DNA of 64,000 nt. Origin: an uncultured Chloroflexia bacterium. Lineage in GTDB: Bacteria > Chloroflexota > Limnocylindria > Limnocylindrales > CSP1-4. The stretch is taken from the NCBI GenBank assembly GCA_963816905.1, contig CAWFMQ010000009.1, positions 20,142-84,141 of the forward strand. The letters are read 5' to 3'. Below are positions 40,219 to 50,588 of the stretch, piece by piece (position 1 is the stretch's first letter; every line of letters starts with the position of its first letter). The position numbers were made by a program, and so were the translations under genes. Under the pieces are notes generated by a model, which saw nothing but the letters and a program-made list of their open reading frames with translations, did no database searches and had not been told where the DNA came from.

Positions 40219-40764
40219 TCAGGCGGGGGCGCCCTCGGGACCGGGATCCGAGCGCATGGCGATCACCACCGCCACGAATGCGCCGACACCGATCAGGACA
40301 TCGCCGACGCTGAAGACATTGGCGAACGGCAGCCCCGCCGGCAGGGCAAAGATGTCGGTCAACGGCGCCAGGACGGGGTTGGCGACCGAGACACTGTTCG
40401 AGTACGTGCCCTTGATCGCCAGTCCCGCCGCGACGAGCGCCTCGTGGTTGGCCGGCATGTATCCGCCGTTCGCGACGATGGCGGCAAGGTTGAGCAGACC
40501 ACCCAGGAGCACCACCGGGAACCCGGCCACGCGGACGTTCCGGAGGACGAACAGGGCCACCGCGATCGTCGAGATCACGTAGACAGGTGGTCCCGCCGTG
40601 CCCACCTGGTCGCCGAGCGGCGTCGAGAACAGGAGGAACTGGACAAGGAAGCCGGTCGCCGCCAACCACACCCACGCGAGGTGCAGATCGGCCAGCCGCT
40701 CGAGGCGTCCCGACGTCGCCAGCCCTCCGACGATACCGGCGAGCACGGCATACAGGATGAACAT
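40219..40764 (-). CDS. DUF5317-like integral membrane protein (putative LspA-like aspartyl peptidase)
   Basis: LNLAAIVANGGYMP, LTDIF, VFSVGDVLI. Family assignment is from memory, not a database search. Confidence 0.8.
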   Translation of the reverse strand: MFILYAVLAGIVGGLATSGRLERLADLHLAWVWLAATGFLVQFLLFSTPLGDQVGTAGPPVYVISTIAVALFVLRNVRVAGFPVVLLGGLLNLAAIVANGGYMPANHEALVAAGLAIKGTYSNSVSVANPVLAPLTDIFALPAGLPFANVFSVGDVLIGVGAFVAVVIAMRSDPGPEGAPA

Positions 40765-40962
40765 GTGGACTCCACAGCAGTTCGGTTACCGCACCCACAG
40801 ATGAGACACCGGCGAAGCCCGAGGTCCCACTGGCCCGAGGGGTCATCCGGTGCTGGTACGGATGGCGGCACCATGCCATCAGCACCGGTCGACGGTGCGC
40901 GCGGCCGACTGCCGATGATCGGTGGAGACGGCGGCCGGCGAACCGATCGTGCCGTCACCGGC

Positions 40963-41877
40963 TCAGCGGAGCATCTCCAGGAGCGTCGCGTGGTGGTCCG
41001 GTGCCGCAGCGACGATGCCGATCGACCGCGGCTTTCGGGCGATCTCGAACCACGGGCCTCCCGCGGCGTCCGTGACCGTCGCACCGGCTTCGGCGGCGAT
41101 CAGCCCCGCTGCGGCGACATCCCACAGGGAGAGACCTCCGGGCTGGAGCATTGCGTCGAAGCGCCCGTTCGCGACGTACGTCAGGCTGAGCGAGGCACTC
41201 CCCATGTTGCGAGCCACGCGAATTGCCCGGCGGATGCGGGCCTCGCGGCGGGCATAGCGGGTCGCCGGCAGCGCCATGTGCACGACCGCATCCGACAGCT
41301 TCGGCTTTCCCGGGTGGCGGATCGGGGCGCCGTCCAGCAGGGAACCGGCACCGGCCCGAGCGGTGAACATCTCGTCGCGGGCCGGGTCGTGGACCACGCC
41401 CAGCACCGGGCGGCCGTCGATTGCCAGCGCGATGCTCACGCAGAACACAGGGATTCCGTTGGCGTAGTTCACGGTGCCGTCGAGCGGGTCGATGATCCAC
41501 AGTCGATGCGGGGCCGGTTGGGACGATGCGGCCCCAGGGGATGAGGGGTCGTGCGTCGCGGGCCGGGCCTGCGAGCCCGGCGGAGTCGGTGGTGCCGCTG
41601 CCTGCTGGTCGCTGGAGTCGCGCGACTCGGCCGTCGGCCGCGCCGTCCCGCCGGAGTGCCCTGATTCCTCGGCCAGGAATGCATCCGACGGGAAGACGCG
41701 GTGAATCGCGTCGATGATCAACTCCTCGGAGAGGTGGTCGACCTCCGTCACCACGTCGTGCTCGCTCTTGTGGACGATACGTTCGAGGCGCTCGTACCGC
41801 TCCATCTGGATGCGTCCGGCGCGCCGCGCCGCGTCGACGGCGACATCGAACGCGGCATCGAGATCGTGGGCGGTCAT
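40963..41877 (-). CDS. Inositol monophosphatase family protein
   Basis: DVVTEVD, EESG, WIIDPLDGTVNY, WDVAAA. Confidence 0.93.
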   Translation of the reverse strand: MTAHDLDAAFDVAVDAARRAGRIQMERYERLERIVHKSEHDVVTEVDHLSEELIIDAIHRVFPSDAFLAEESGHSGGTARPTAESRDSSDQQAAAPPTPPGSQARPATHDPSSPGAASSQPAPHRLWIIDPLDGTVNYANGIPVFCVSIALAIDGRPVLGVVHDPARDEMFTARAGAGSLLDGAPIRHPGKPKLSDAVVHMALPATRYARREARIRRAIRVARNMGSASLSLTYVANGRFDAMLQPGGLSLWDVAAAGLIAAEAGATVTDAAGGPWFEIARKPRSIGIVAAAPDHHATLLEMLR

Positions 41878-42049
41878 CGGTGCGATCGTAGCGGACCGCG
41901 GGGATCATCCGGGACGACGGCCCGGCGCAGCCACTTGTGCGCCGGGATGAGAGCCACCAAGATGGTCGGCCACCGGCCACCGGCACCCGTCCGGTCGAAA
42001 GGGCGAGTCCGCCGGCCCGAGACATCTCACGCAACGCGGGAGTGGAGAT

Positions 42050-43694
42050 TTGACGGCAGTGCCGGACCGAAACGTGGGCCGAAGCCAGAGCCGCTGGATC
42101 ATGACGGCGGTCATCCTCGGCTCGGGGATCGTGTTCCTCGACGGCACGATCGTGAACGTGGCGCTGCCCCGGATGGGGCGCGAGTTGCCGGCGACGCTCG
42201 TGGGTGTGCTCGAGGGCCAGGCCTACATCACGAGCGGCTACCTCGCCGTCCTGGCAGCGCTCCTGATCATCTCCGGCGCGCTCGCCGATCGCTACGGCCG
42301 GCGCCGGATCTTTGCAATCGGGCTCGCCAGCTTCGGGATCGTCTCGGCACTCTGCGGTCTCGCACCGACCATGGAGACCGAGATCTTCTTCCGCCTGCTC
42401 CAGGGCGCCGCCGGTGCGCTCCTCGTCCCGGGATCGCTGTCCCTGATCACGGCCAATTTCGAAGGGGCAGCGCGCGGCCGAGCGTTCGGTGTCTGGGCGG
42501 CGTCCACGTCCGCGCTGACGGTGCTCGGCCCGCTCGTCGGGGGCGCGCTCGTCGACCTGCTCTCCTGGCGCGTCGCGTTCCTGCTGAACGTGCCGCTCGT
42601 GCTCGTGGCGCTGTACGCGACGCTGCGCCACGTGCCGGAGAGCCGCGACGAGGAGGCGGCGGCGCGGCTCGACTGGCTCGGCTCGATCGTGATCGCGGTC
42701 GCGGTCGGAGGCATCGCCTTCGGGTTGATCCGTGGCCAGGAACAGCAGTGGAACGACCCGCTGGCCTTCGCCGCGCTGGGCATCGGCCTCGTCGCTGCCG
42801 TGATCTTCCCGATCCTCATGGTCAAGAGCCCGAACCCGCTGATCCCGCCCAACCTGTTCCGCAGCCGCAACTTCACGGTGATCAACATCTCGACGTTCCT
42901 GATCTACGGCGCCCTGTACGTCACGCAGAGCTTCCAGAGCCTCTTCCTGCAGGGCGTGCTCGGGTACACGGCGATTGCGGCATCGGCCGTCGGATTGCCC
43001 ACGGGAATCATGCTCAGCCTGGGATCCACGCGCGTCGGCACCATCGCCGGCCGTCTCGGGCCGCGGCGATTTCTCATCATCGGCCCCGTCTTCATGGCGC
43101 TCGGGCTGCTCTGGTATGTCCACGTCCCCGCGACGAGCTACCCATGGGTGATCCAGCCCGGCGTTGCCTCGAGCTGGGTTCCGCCGGTGTCCACGCTCGT
43201 GGACATCCTTCCCGGGATCGCTGCTGTTCGGCATCGGGATCACCCTGGTGGTCGCCCCGCTGACGACGGCCCTCATGAACTCCGTGCCGATGCGGCACGC
43301 GGGCCTGGGCTCGGCCATCAACAACTCGGTGTCCCGGGTCGGGCAGCCGCTGCTGATGGCCGTGCTGTTCATCGCCATTTCCGCAAGCTTCTACAGCGCG
43401 ATCGACGCCGTTCCCGGGCTGGACGCCTCCTCTGCCGACGTGCGGCAGCAGGTCCAGCCGCTCAACCCGCCACCGGCCGCGCTTCCGCCCCGCCAGCGCG
43501 CCGCGATCGACAACGCCTCCACGGACGCGTTCCACCTGGCGATGCTGGTCAACGCGGGCCTGTTGCTGGCCGGCGCCGCCGTCAACGGGTTCGGACTGCG
43601 CCGTGCGAGGGCGGACGTGCCGGCGCCGGACACCGGCCGGCTGGGGCAGGAGCCGGTGGCGCAGGAGTCACACGTCGGGGGTACGCCCGGCTGA
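42050..43694 (+). CDS. MFS drug:H+ antiporter (DHA2-like), frameshift near 43220
   Basis: LDGTIVNVALP, ADRYGRRR, RLLQGAAGALLVPGSL. The C-terminus continues in another frame. Confidence 0.9.
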
Positions 43695-43747
43695 GGACGG
43701 CGAACCGCAGGGGTTCGATGCGAGCCCCGGATCGAACCCCACCTCCG

Positions 43748-44326
43748 TCAGGTGCAGGACACCGTCATGGCACCGACTGTGTACGGCGGAACGGTCGTGT
43801 CCTGCGACACGGGAAGGGTCATATCGACGTCTGCCGAACCGCCCGCCGGGATACGGTCGGTCCGGAACACCAGGTCGTCGGAGCGTGGGCTGCCGTCGCG
43901 CGTCACGCGGCAGGTCGAGTAGGCCGCCTGACCGCCCTGGTTCGCGACGTGGATGACCGCCTGGACGCTGGTGTCCGCGGCCACGGTCGCCCCCGTGACC
44001 TGTGCAGGAAACGGGCCGGTATGGCCGACGGACAGCCGTGCGAGCAGGAGGAACCCGACGATGCCCACGGCCACGCCGAGCAGCATGGTGCCGTGCACCT
44101 GCGTGGTGCTGGGTGACTTGATCCGCCCGGGGTTGTCGATGTCGCAGAGCGAGACGCCGGCGGGCGTCGGCTTGCCGCAGCGAATGCAGTGACTGATCGG
44201 CTCGTCGTTGTCCCGCGGGGCGAGCAGGCCCCCGGGATCGTGGACGGCCGGCGTGGACCCCCGTGAGCCAGGTGACGTGGATGGGGAAACGTTAAGCGGT
44301 CCCGACATAGATTCGGGAGGGTACAT
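43748..44326 (-). CDS. Single-TM protein with N-terminal Cys cluster (start uncertain)
   Basis: CIRCGKPTPAGVSLC, TM LLGVAVGIVGFLLLA, extracellular beta domain with 2 Cys. Confidence 0.65.
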   Translation of the reverse strand: MYPPESMSGPLNVSPSTSPGSRGSTPAVHDPGGLLAPRDNDEPISHCIRCGKPTPAGVSLCDIDNPGRIKSPSTTQVHGTMLLGVAVGIVGFLLLARLSVGHTGPFPAQVTGATVAADTSVQAVIHVANQGGQAAYSTCRVTRDGSPRSDDLVFRTDRIPAGGSADVDMTLPVSQDTTVPPYTVGAMTVSCT

Positions 44327-44595
44327 CGCGCGCGATTTCGTCGCCGGTGCACGACCATGCGACGTGGAATCGCACCCGGACCCGACGCGGGCCGGCGCCG
44401 ATCGGCGTGATGGTCGGTGATTTGAACGGCGGCGTGTGCAACGTGCGGGCATCGTCCCGCACCACCGGCGCCCGGCACATCCCTGTGTCGCCGGCCGACG
44501 AATTGCGAACCGCGCGTCACGCACTCGGGAAGCCCGCGGGCCCGCCCGACCGCCGGATCCGACGAGCCGCCCACTTCGACGAGCCCCATCGGCGC

Positions 44596-45477
44596 CTACC
44601 CCGCCAGTGACGCCCGCTCGCCCGCCGCAAGGACCGCGGGCAGCTCGACGGGGCGGATCCAGTGGAGGATCAACTCGTCGGCGCCGCGAGCCTGCCATTC
44701 CGCGGCCGTGGCGGCCAGGTCGGCGAGGATCGGCTGGTCCTCCGGCGCCACGCCCTCGACCATGTCCAACCCGACGATCACCGACACGTCCGAGCGGCTC
44801 CGGCCGGCCGCCGCGAGCGCATCCCGGAAGACCGGCCACAGCTGGTCCCAGGCAGGGTCGAACATCGTCCAGGCGTCCGCGATCCGGGCGGCGAGCCGCG
44901 CTCCCGCCGGTCGCTCGCCACCCACGATGATCCGCGGCGGTGGCTGCGGCGCCGGGAACGCATGCGCCTCGTGCAACTGGTAGAAGCGCCCCTCGTAGTC
45001 GACCGGGCCGCCGCCGAGGAGCAGCCGCAGCACCGCGATCGCCTCCTCCAGCCGCGCGGCACGTTCGGGCGGGGCCGGGAACGGGATTCCGTACGCCTCG
45101 TGCTCGGCCTGGTGGCCGCCGATGCCGATCCCCAGCTCCAGCCGGCCGCCGGACAGTTCCGCGACGGTGGCCGCCTGGCGGGCGAGGACGGCGGGGTGGC
45201 AATTCATCACGTTGGTGACGAAGCTCCCGAGTCGGACGTGCTCGGTCGACATGGCGCCCGCGGCGAGCATGGACCAGCACTCGAGCACCGGGTCGGTGAG
45301 CCTGCCGCGGCTCACGAAATGGTCCCAGGCCCAGACGCCGTGGAAGCCTGCGGCCTCCAGTCGACGCGCGGACTGCAGCCACCACGACGCGCTGACGCCG
45401 ATGGTCGTGAGGTCGACGCCGATGGGGATCGGTGCGCCGCTGCTCATCGGGCGGCCGGACTCCAGCGGCCCGCTCAC
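44596..45477 (-). CDS. LLM-class (luciferase-like) flavin/F420 oxidoreductase
   Basis: GFHGVWAWDHF, LARQAATV..LSGGRLELGIG.G, IIVGG. Start 45477 (GTG overlapping deoD stop) or 45447. Confidence 0.9.
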   Translation of the reverse strand: MSGPLESGRPMSSGAPIPIGVDLTTIGVSASWWLQSARRLEAAGFHGVWAWDHFVSRGRLTDPVLECWSMLAAGAMSTEHVRLGSFVTNVMNCHPAVLARQAATVAELSGGRLELGIGIGGHQAEHEAYGIPFPAPPERAARLEEAIAVLRLLLGGGPVDYEGRFYQLHEAHAFPAPQPPPRIIVGGERPAGARLAARIADAWTMFDPAWDQLWPVFRDALAAAGRSRSDVSVIVGLDMVEGVAPEDQPILADLAATAAEWQARGADELILHWIRPVELPAVLAAGERASLAG

Positions 45478-46220
45478 AGCGACGTCCCCGCCTCGAGCGC
45501 AACCTCGATCATCCGGTCGGTCGCGCGCTCGAGATCGTCGAGCGAGAGGTACGTGCCCTCGGACGTCTCCTCTTCCGAGAGCGTGTCGCTGACCGTCAGG
45601 ACGCATGCCGCGCGGACGTCAGCCCCCGTCGCCCACGCTCGCGATGCCAGGTAGAACAGGCCGGCGGCCTCCATCTCGAACGCCAGCACCCCCCGGCTGC
45701 GCCAGCGCGTGACGTAGTCCTCGTCGGGGTTGTAGAAGACGTCCACGGTCGCCACCATGCCGGTGAAGGGCGTGACGCCCTTCGCGACGGCCGCGTCCAC
45801 GAGTGCGCGGGTGAGGCCGAAATCGGCAGCGGGGGCGAACGGGTCGCCGTGCAGGTAGGTCCGGGTCGCCCCGTCCACGGGTGCGGCGGCGGTCGCGATC
45901 ACGAGGTCCCCGGTGTGGATTTCGCGCCCGATCCCGCCACACGTGCCGACGCGGATGAGGCGCGTGGCACCGAGCCGCAGCAACTCCTCCACGATGATCG
46001 ACATCGACGGCGTGCCCATCCCGGTCGTCTGCACGCTGACCGGATGGCCGTGGTACATGCCCGTGTAGCCGTACATGGCGCGGTGATCGTTGACCCGATG
46101 CGCACCTGCCAGCCCGCCGTCGAACATGGCGGCAATTCGGGTGGCGCGATTGGGATCGCCGGGCAACAGCACGAGCGGCGCGTACTCGCCCGGCTCGGCG
46201 CGCAGGTGGATCTGCGGCAT
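45474..46220 (-). CDS. deoD: Purine nucleoside phosphorylase (DeoD type)
   Basis: LLPGDPNRA, GMGTPS, RVGTCG, TVDVFY, EMEAA. Confidence 0.9.
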   Translation of the reverse strand: MPQIHLRAEPGEYAPLVLLPGDPNRATRIAAMFDGGLAGAHRVNDHRAMYGYTGMYHGHPVSVQTTGMGTPSMSIIVEELLRLGATRLIRVGTCGGIGREIHTGDLVIATAAAPVDGATRTYLHGDPFAPAADFGLTRALVDAAVAKGVTPFTGMVATVDVFYNPDEDYVTRWRSRGVLAFEMEAAGLFYLASRAWATGADVRAACVLTVSDTLSEEETSEGTYLSLDDLERATDRMIEVALEAGTSL

Positions 46221-46345
46221 GGAGGGCTCCTTGTTCGATCGGGAGGGCTGGTTCCGTCGCGATGCTGGCGACCGCGAGCAGTCTACCGGCCGGGCCGAGC
46301 ACGGCAGTGCCCGGGACGGACCGAAGTCCGGCCGAATGGCCCCCC

Positions 46346-47322
46346 ATGTCCGGTCCAGTGGCACCGTTCCCGGCAATCGGCGGCACTGAAGATTCGGCCG
46401 ATTTAGGGAGATTCGAGCGACTTCTGCACGAGCAACCTACAGTGGAGCGACATCCGGCGGTGGATCCCCAGGCCCCGCGGTCACGAACGCGAGCCAAGAC
46501 CGGGCGTGAATGGTTGAGCATCCAGGAGGCCAGCGCGCTCATCGGAGTGTCGGCTGCGACACTGCGGCGGTGGAGCGATGCCGGCGAGATCCGTGCGTTC
46601 ACGACCCCGGGCGGACACCGCCGGTTCGCGCGCGCCGCCGTGCTCGCCCTCCTGCCTGCCGCCCGGCGCCAGCGCCCCAGTCTCGAACGACTCGGCGAGA
46701 CGCCGGAGCACATGGTGCGGGTCTACCATCGCCAACTCGGCAAGACCGTCGCCGGGACGCCGTGGATCGGCGAGATCGATGACGCGGCGCGTGGACCGTA
46801 TCGCGACCACGGGCGACAAATCACGTCCTCGCTCCTCGGCTTCATCGACGCCGAGGATCCGGAAGTCCGGTCGGCAGCGCTCGCCGCGGGCTGCGCCGCG
46901 GCTGCCGAGTACGGGCGCATCGCCGCATCCCGGGGGATCGGCATGGCGGAGACGGTGGAGGTGTTCCTGCGCTTCCGGCTGCCGCTGCTTCACGAACTTG
47001 CCTCGGTCGCGCAGCACCGGGGACTCGAGACTGGCGAGGCGGTCGACGTGCTCGTCGAGGCATCCGAGGCCATCGACAGGCTCCTGAGCGCGCTCATGGA
47101 GGGCCACGAAACGGTGAGGGTGAAGGCGCCCTCGACTTCAGCCGACCCCCGGAAGCCGCACCGTCGGCGGCCGATGCGGCGGCGGCGGTCGTTGCCGATA
47201 TGGCCGATGCGGCGGATGTGGCCGAGACAGGCGAGGCGGCCGAGGCAGCCGCAGGGACGCCCTCGACCTCCGGCGCCGACGACGAGGCTTCGCAGTTGCC
47301 CGCCGAGGCGACCATCCGGTGA
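46346..47322 (+). CDS. MerR/BldC-like HTH protein with helical C-terminal domain, frameshift near 47120
   Basis: WLSIQEASALIGVSAATLRRWSDAG..TPGGHRRF. The shifted-frame stop overlaps the hemA start. Start uncertain. Confidence 0.8.
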
Positions 47323-48489
47323 GCGCCTTCGTCATGGCGCGTTCGGCCTCCGTCATCGCGTTCGTGGCGCACGCTCGCCGGGTGCCGAGCGAGCGGCGCG
47401 AGGCGTTCGCCGCCGCGCTCGCCGCCCTGGAGCCGAGCCCGGGGATGATCGTGGTCCGTACCTGCCACCGCGTCGAGGCGTACGTCGCGCCCGGCACGTA
47501 CGGCGACGGGCCGATCCCCCCGCTGCCGCCGGGCGGGCGCGTACTCGAGGACGCCGATGCGGTGCGCCACCTCATCACGGTCGCGTGCGGCCTCGACAGC
47601 GCTGTCATCGGCGAGGACCAGATCCTGCACCAGCTCCGCGAGACCCTGTCCGAACGGCGTGGCGGGGCGCCGCTGGACCCGCTCCTCGATCGGCTCTTCC
47701 AGGTCGCCCTTGGTGCCGGCCGCCGGGCGCGCGCATGGTTCTCCGGGCCACCTCGTTCGCTGGCGGACACTGCGCTCGATCTGATCTCGGCCGGCGAGGC
47801 ACGATTCGACGGCCGAACCGTCCTGGTGGTCGGCGTCGGCAGGATGGGGCGCCTCGCCGCGTTCGCCGCAGCGCGCCGCGGGGCAGCCGTCCTCGTCACG
47901 AACCGGACCATGGACCGTGCCGGGGTGCTTGCCCGCGAGGTCGGAGGCTCCTCCGTGTCGCTCGACGAGGACGGCGGCCTGCCCCGAATCGATCGGGGTC
48001 ATCGTCGCCATCGGCGGATCGTGGCGGATCGGGCCCGACGACCAGGCGCGGCTGGGCGGGAGCGGCGCGATCGTCGTCGACCTCTCCTCTCCCCCGGCCG
48101 TCCCCGCGAGTCTCCGGCTCCTGCTCGGCGACCGGTTCACGTCCGTCGACGATCTGGCCGGAGGCACGGCCAACCCGGCGGAGGATCGGCTCCGGCGCAG
48201 GCTGGAAGCGCTGGTCTCGGAGGCCGGGGCCGACTACTGCCGCTGGCTTCGCGGGCGCGACGCCGTGCCCGCGATCCAGGCCATGGCGGCGACCGCGGAG
48301 CGGAACCGTCGGACCGAGGTCGACTGGCTGGTTCGACGGCTCCCCGGGCTCTCCGAAGACGAACGCTCGGCCGTCGAGCAGATGAGCCATCGGCTGGTCG
48401 CGGGACTCCTCCACGGGCCGCTGACGGCGCTTACGGCCGACCCGAACGGCGACCTGGAACGAGCCGCCAGGGAGTTGTTCGGGCTGTGA
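47319..48489 (+). CDS. hemA: Glutamyl-tRNA reductase (short, divergent), frameshift near 47990
   Basis: RTCHRVEAY, GLDSAVIGEDQILHQ, GVGRMG, NRT, C-terminal dimerisation region. Confidence 0.85.
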
Positions 48490-49532
48490 GCGACGCGACG
48501 CCGACCATCGCTCCGGGGCAGTCCGCCCGCCCGCTCCGCCTCGGCACGCGTGCCAGCACCCTTGCACTGGCGCAGTCGGAATCGATGGCGAGCGACCTCC
48601 GTGCACTCGGTGTCGAGGTGGAGATCGTCAGGATCCGGACGCTCGGCGATGTGCGGCCGCCCGACACGACGTGGGGCGAGGGCGCGTTCGTGGGCGCTCT
48701 GGAAACGGCGCTGCTCGACGGCGAGGTCGAACTCGCCGTGCACAGCGCAAAGGACGTCCCGACGGCGATGGATCCGCGGCTGGTCATCGCGGCGTTCCCG
48801 CGGCGCGAGGATCCCCGCGACGCGCTCGTCTGCCGCGACCCGAAACTCCGGCTGGAGACGCTGCCCCGCGGCGCACGTGTCGGAACCGACAGCCCGCGCC
48901 GGGGCGCCTTCCTGCGGGCCCGCCGGCCCGACCTCCGGGTCCACCCGCTGCACGGCAATGTCGACACGCGACTCCGGCGCCTCGACGAGGGGGAGACGGA
49001 CGCGCTGGTCCTGGCCGTCGCCGGCCTCGCGAGGCTGGGTCGCGCCGGCCGGATCAACCAGGTCCTTCCCGCCGACCTCGTGCCGCCGGCGCCCGGGCAG
49101 GGCTCGCTTGCGATCCAGTGCCGCGCGGACGACAGCCGCACGCGCGTGCTGCTCGCGCGCCTCGACGATCCTCCGACTCGCGCCGCCGTGGAAACCGAAC
49201 GCGCCTTTCTGGTGGCCAGCGGCGGCGGTTGCCGAGCGCCGATCGGCGCCCTGGCGCTCGTCGACGGCGAAGCAATCCGCCTTCTTGCGGGCAGGTCCGG
49301 CGAAGCGGTGGTCCCCGGGGAGGCGGAGGACAGTGAGCCGCCGCTTGTCGTCTGGGGCAAGGCGCGCGGATCGCTCGGCGCCCGATTCGACATGGCCGCG
49401 GAACTGGCGGCCCGGCTTTCCGACCAACTCCAATCTGCCGGCGCCCTCACGGCGCTCGGAGCAACCAGCATTTCCCGGGGACGTGCGCCGGCAACGGCGG
49501 TCGACGCGACCGGTCCGGAGGGATCAGCATGA
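48486..49532 (+). CDS. hemC: Hydroxymethylbilane synthase
   Basis: [47 protein letters not shown]. Confidence 0.93.
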   Translation: MSDATPTIAPGQSARPLRLGTRASTLALAQSESMASDLRALGVEVEIVRIRTLGDVRPPDTTWGEGAFVGALETALLDGEVELAVHSAKDVPTAMDPRLVIAAFPRREDPRDALVCRDPKLRLETLPRGARVGTDSPRRGAFLRARRPDLRVHPLHGNVDTRLRRLDEGETDALVLAVAGLARLGRAGRINQVLPADLVPPAPGQGSLAIQCRADDSRTRVLLARLDDPPTRAAVETERAFLVASGGGCRAPIGALALVDGEAIRLLAGRSGEAVVPGEAEDSEPPLVVWGKARGSLGARFDMAAELAARLSDQLQSAGALTALGATSISRGRAPATAVDATGPEGSA

Positions 49533-50584
49533 CCATCCATGTCGATCTCGGCCGGACCTGGGAGGGGGTGGACGTCTCCACCGCCGACCGTGCGCACGTC
49601 CCCAACCCGGCGCATCGAGGCCGGCGCCTGCGGCGCACGAGCGCCCTGCGCGATCTCGTCCGCGAGATCCGCGTGCACCCCCGCCAATTGGTGGCCCCGA
49701 TCTTCGTCCAGCCGGGCCGCGAGCTTCGGACGCCGATCACGTCGCTTCCCGGCGTGGCGCGCCTTTCCGTGGACGAGACGGTGCTGGAGGCCCGCCGGCT
49801 CGCCGCGCTCGGTGTCGGGGGCGTCATCCTGTTCGGGCTGCCGGCGCACAAGGACGCGATCGGGACCGGCGCGTGGGTCGACGACGGCATCGTCCAGGCG
49901 ACGTTGCGGCAGCTCCGGGACGCCGACCTCGACCTCGTGCTGATCGCCGACACCTGCCTCTGCGAGTACACCGACCACGGCCACTGCGGCCCCGTCGACG
50001 CGGGCGGCGGCGTGATCAACGACGCCGCGATCGCCTGCCTTGCCGAGACGGCCATCTCGCAGGCCCGGGCCGGTGCCGACATCGTCGCGCCGAGCGCGAT
50101 GATGGACGGCCAGGTGGCCGCGATCCGGGCTGGGCTCGACGCGGAGGGCTTCGCGGGCACGCCGATCCTCTCGTACGCGGCCAAGACGGCGTCGGCCTAC
50201 TACGGCCCGTTCCGCGAGGCCGCCGATTCGGCGCCGGCGTTCGGCGACCGGCGCGGCTACCAGATGGATCCCGCGAACGGACGGGAAGCCCTTCGCGAGA
50301 TGGCGATCGACGTCGACGAGGGCGCAGATGCGCTTCTCGTCAAGCCGGCGATGCCCTCGCTCGACATCCTCTCGAAGGCGCGAGAGCGGTTCGACCTCCC
50401 GATCGCCGCCTACCAGGTCAGCGGCGAGTACGCCCAGATCGAGGCCGCCGCGCGCCTCGGCTGGATCGACCGGCGGCGCACGCACCTGGAGGCCTTGACC
50501 ACGATCATCCGCGCCGGCGCGGGGTTCGTGATCACCTACGCGGCCGCGGACCTTGCCGCCTGGCTCCGCGAGGATCGAAGCTGA
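49529..50584 (+). CDS. hemB: Porphobilinogen synthase (Zn type)
   Basis: [42 protein letters not shown]. Confidence 0.96.
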   Translation: MTIHVDLGRTWEGVDVSTADRAHVPNPAHRGRRLRRTSALRDLVREIRVHPRQLVAPIFVQPGRELRTPITSLPGVARLSVDETVLEARRLAALGVGGVILFGLPAHKDAIGTGAWVDDGIVQATLRQLRDADLDLVLIADTCLCEYTDHGHCGPVDAGGGVINDAAIACLAETAISQARAGADIVAPSAMMDGQVAAIRAGLDAEGFAGTPILSYAAKTASAYYGPFREAADSAPAFGDRRGYQMDPANGREALREMAIDVDEGADALLVKPAMPSLDILSKARERFDLPIAAYQVSGEYAQIEAAARLGWIDRRRTHLEALTTIIRAGAGFVITYAAADLAAWLREDRS

Positions 50585-50588
50585 CGCC

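Noticed and set aside
39854-40885. 343-aa ORF in the track spanning the riboswitch
   Set aside because: It overlaps DUF5317 out of frame and runs through the riboswitch. Only its last 29 codons have an RBS and a sensible sequence.
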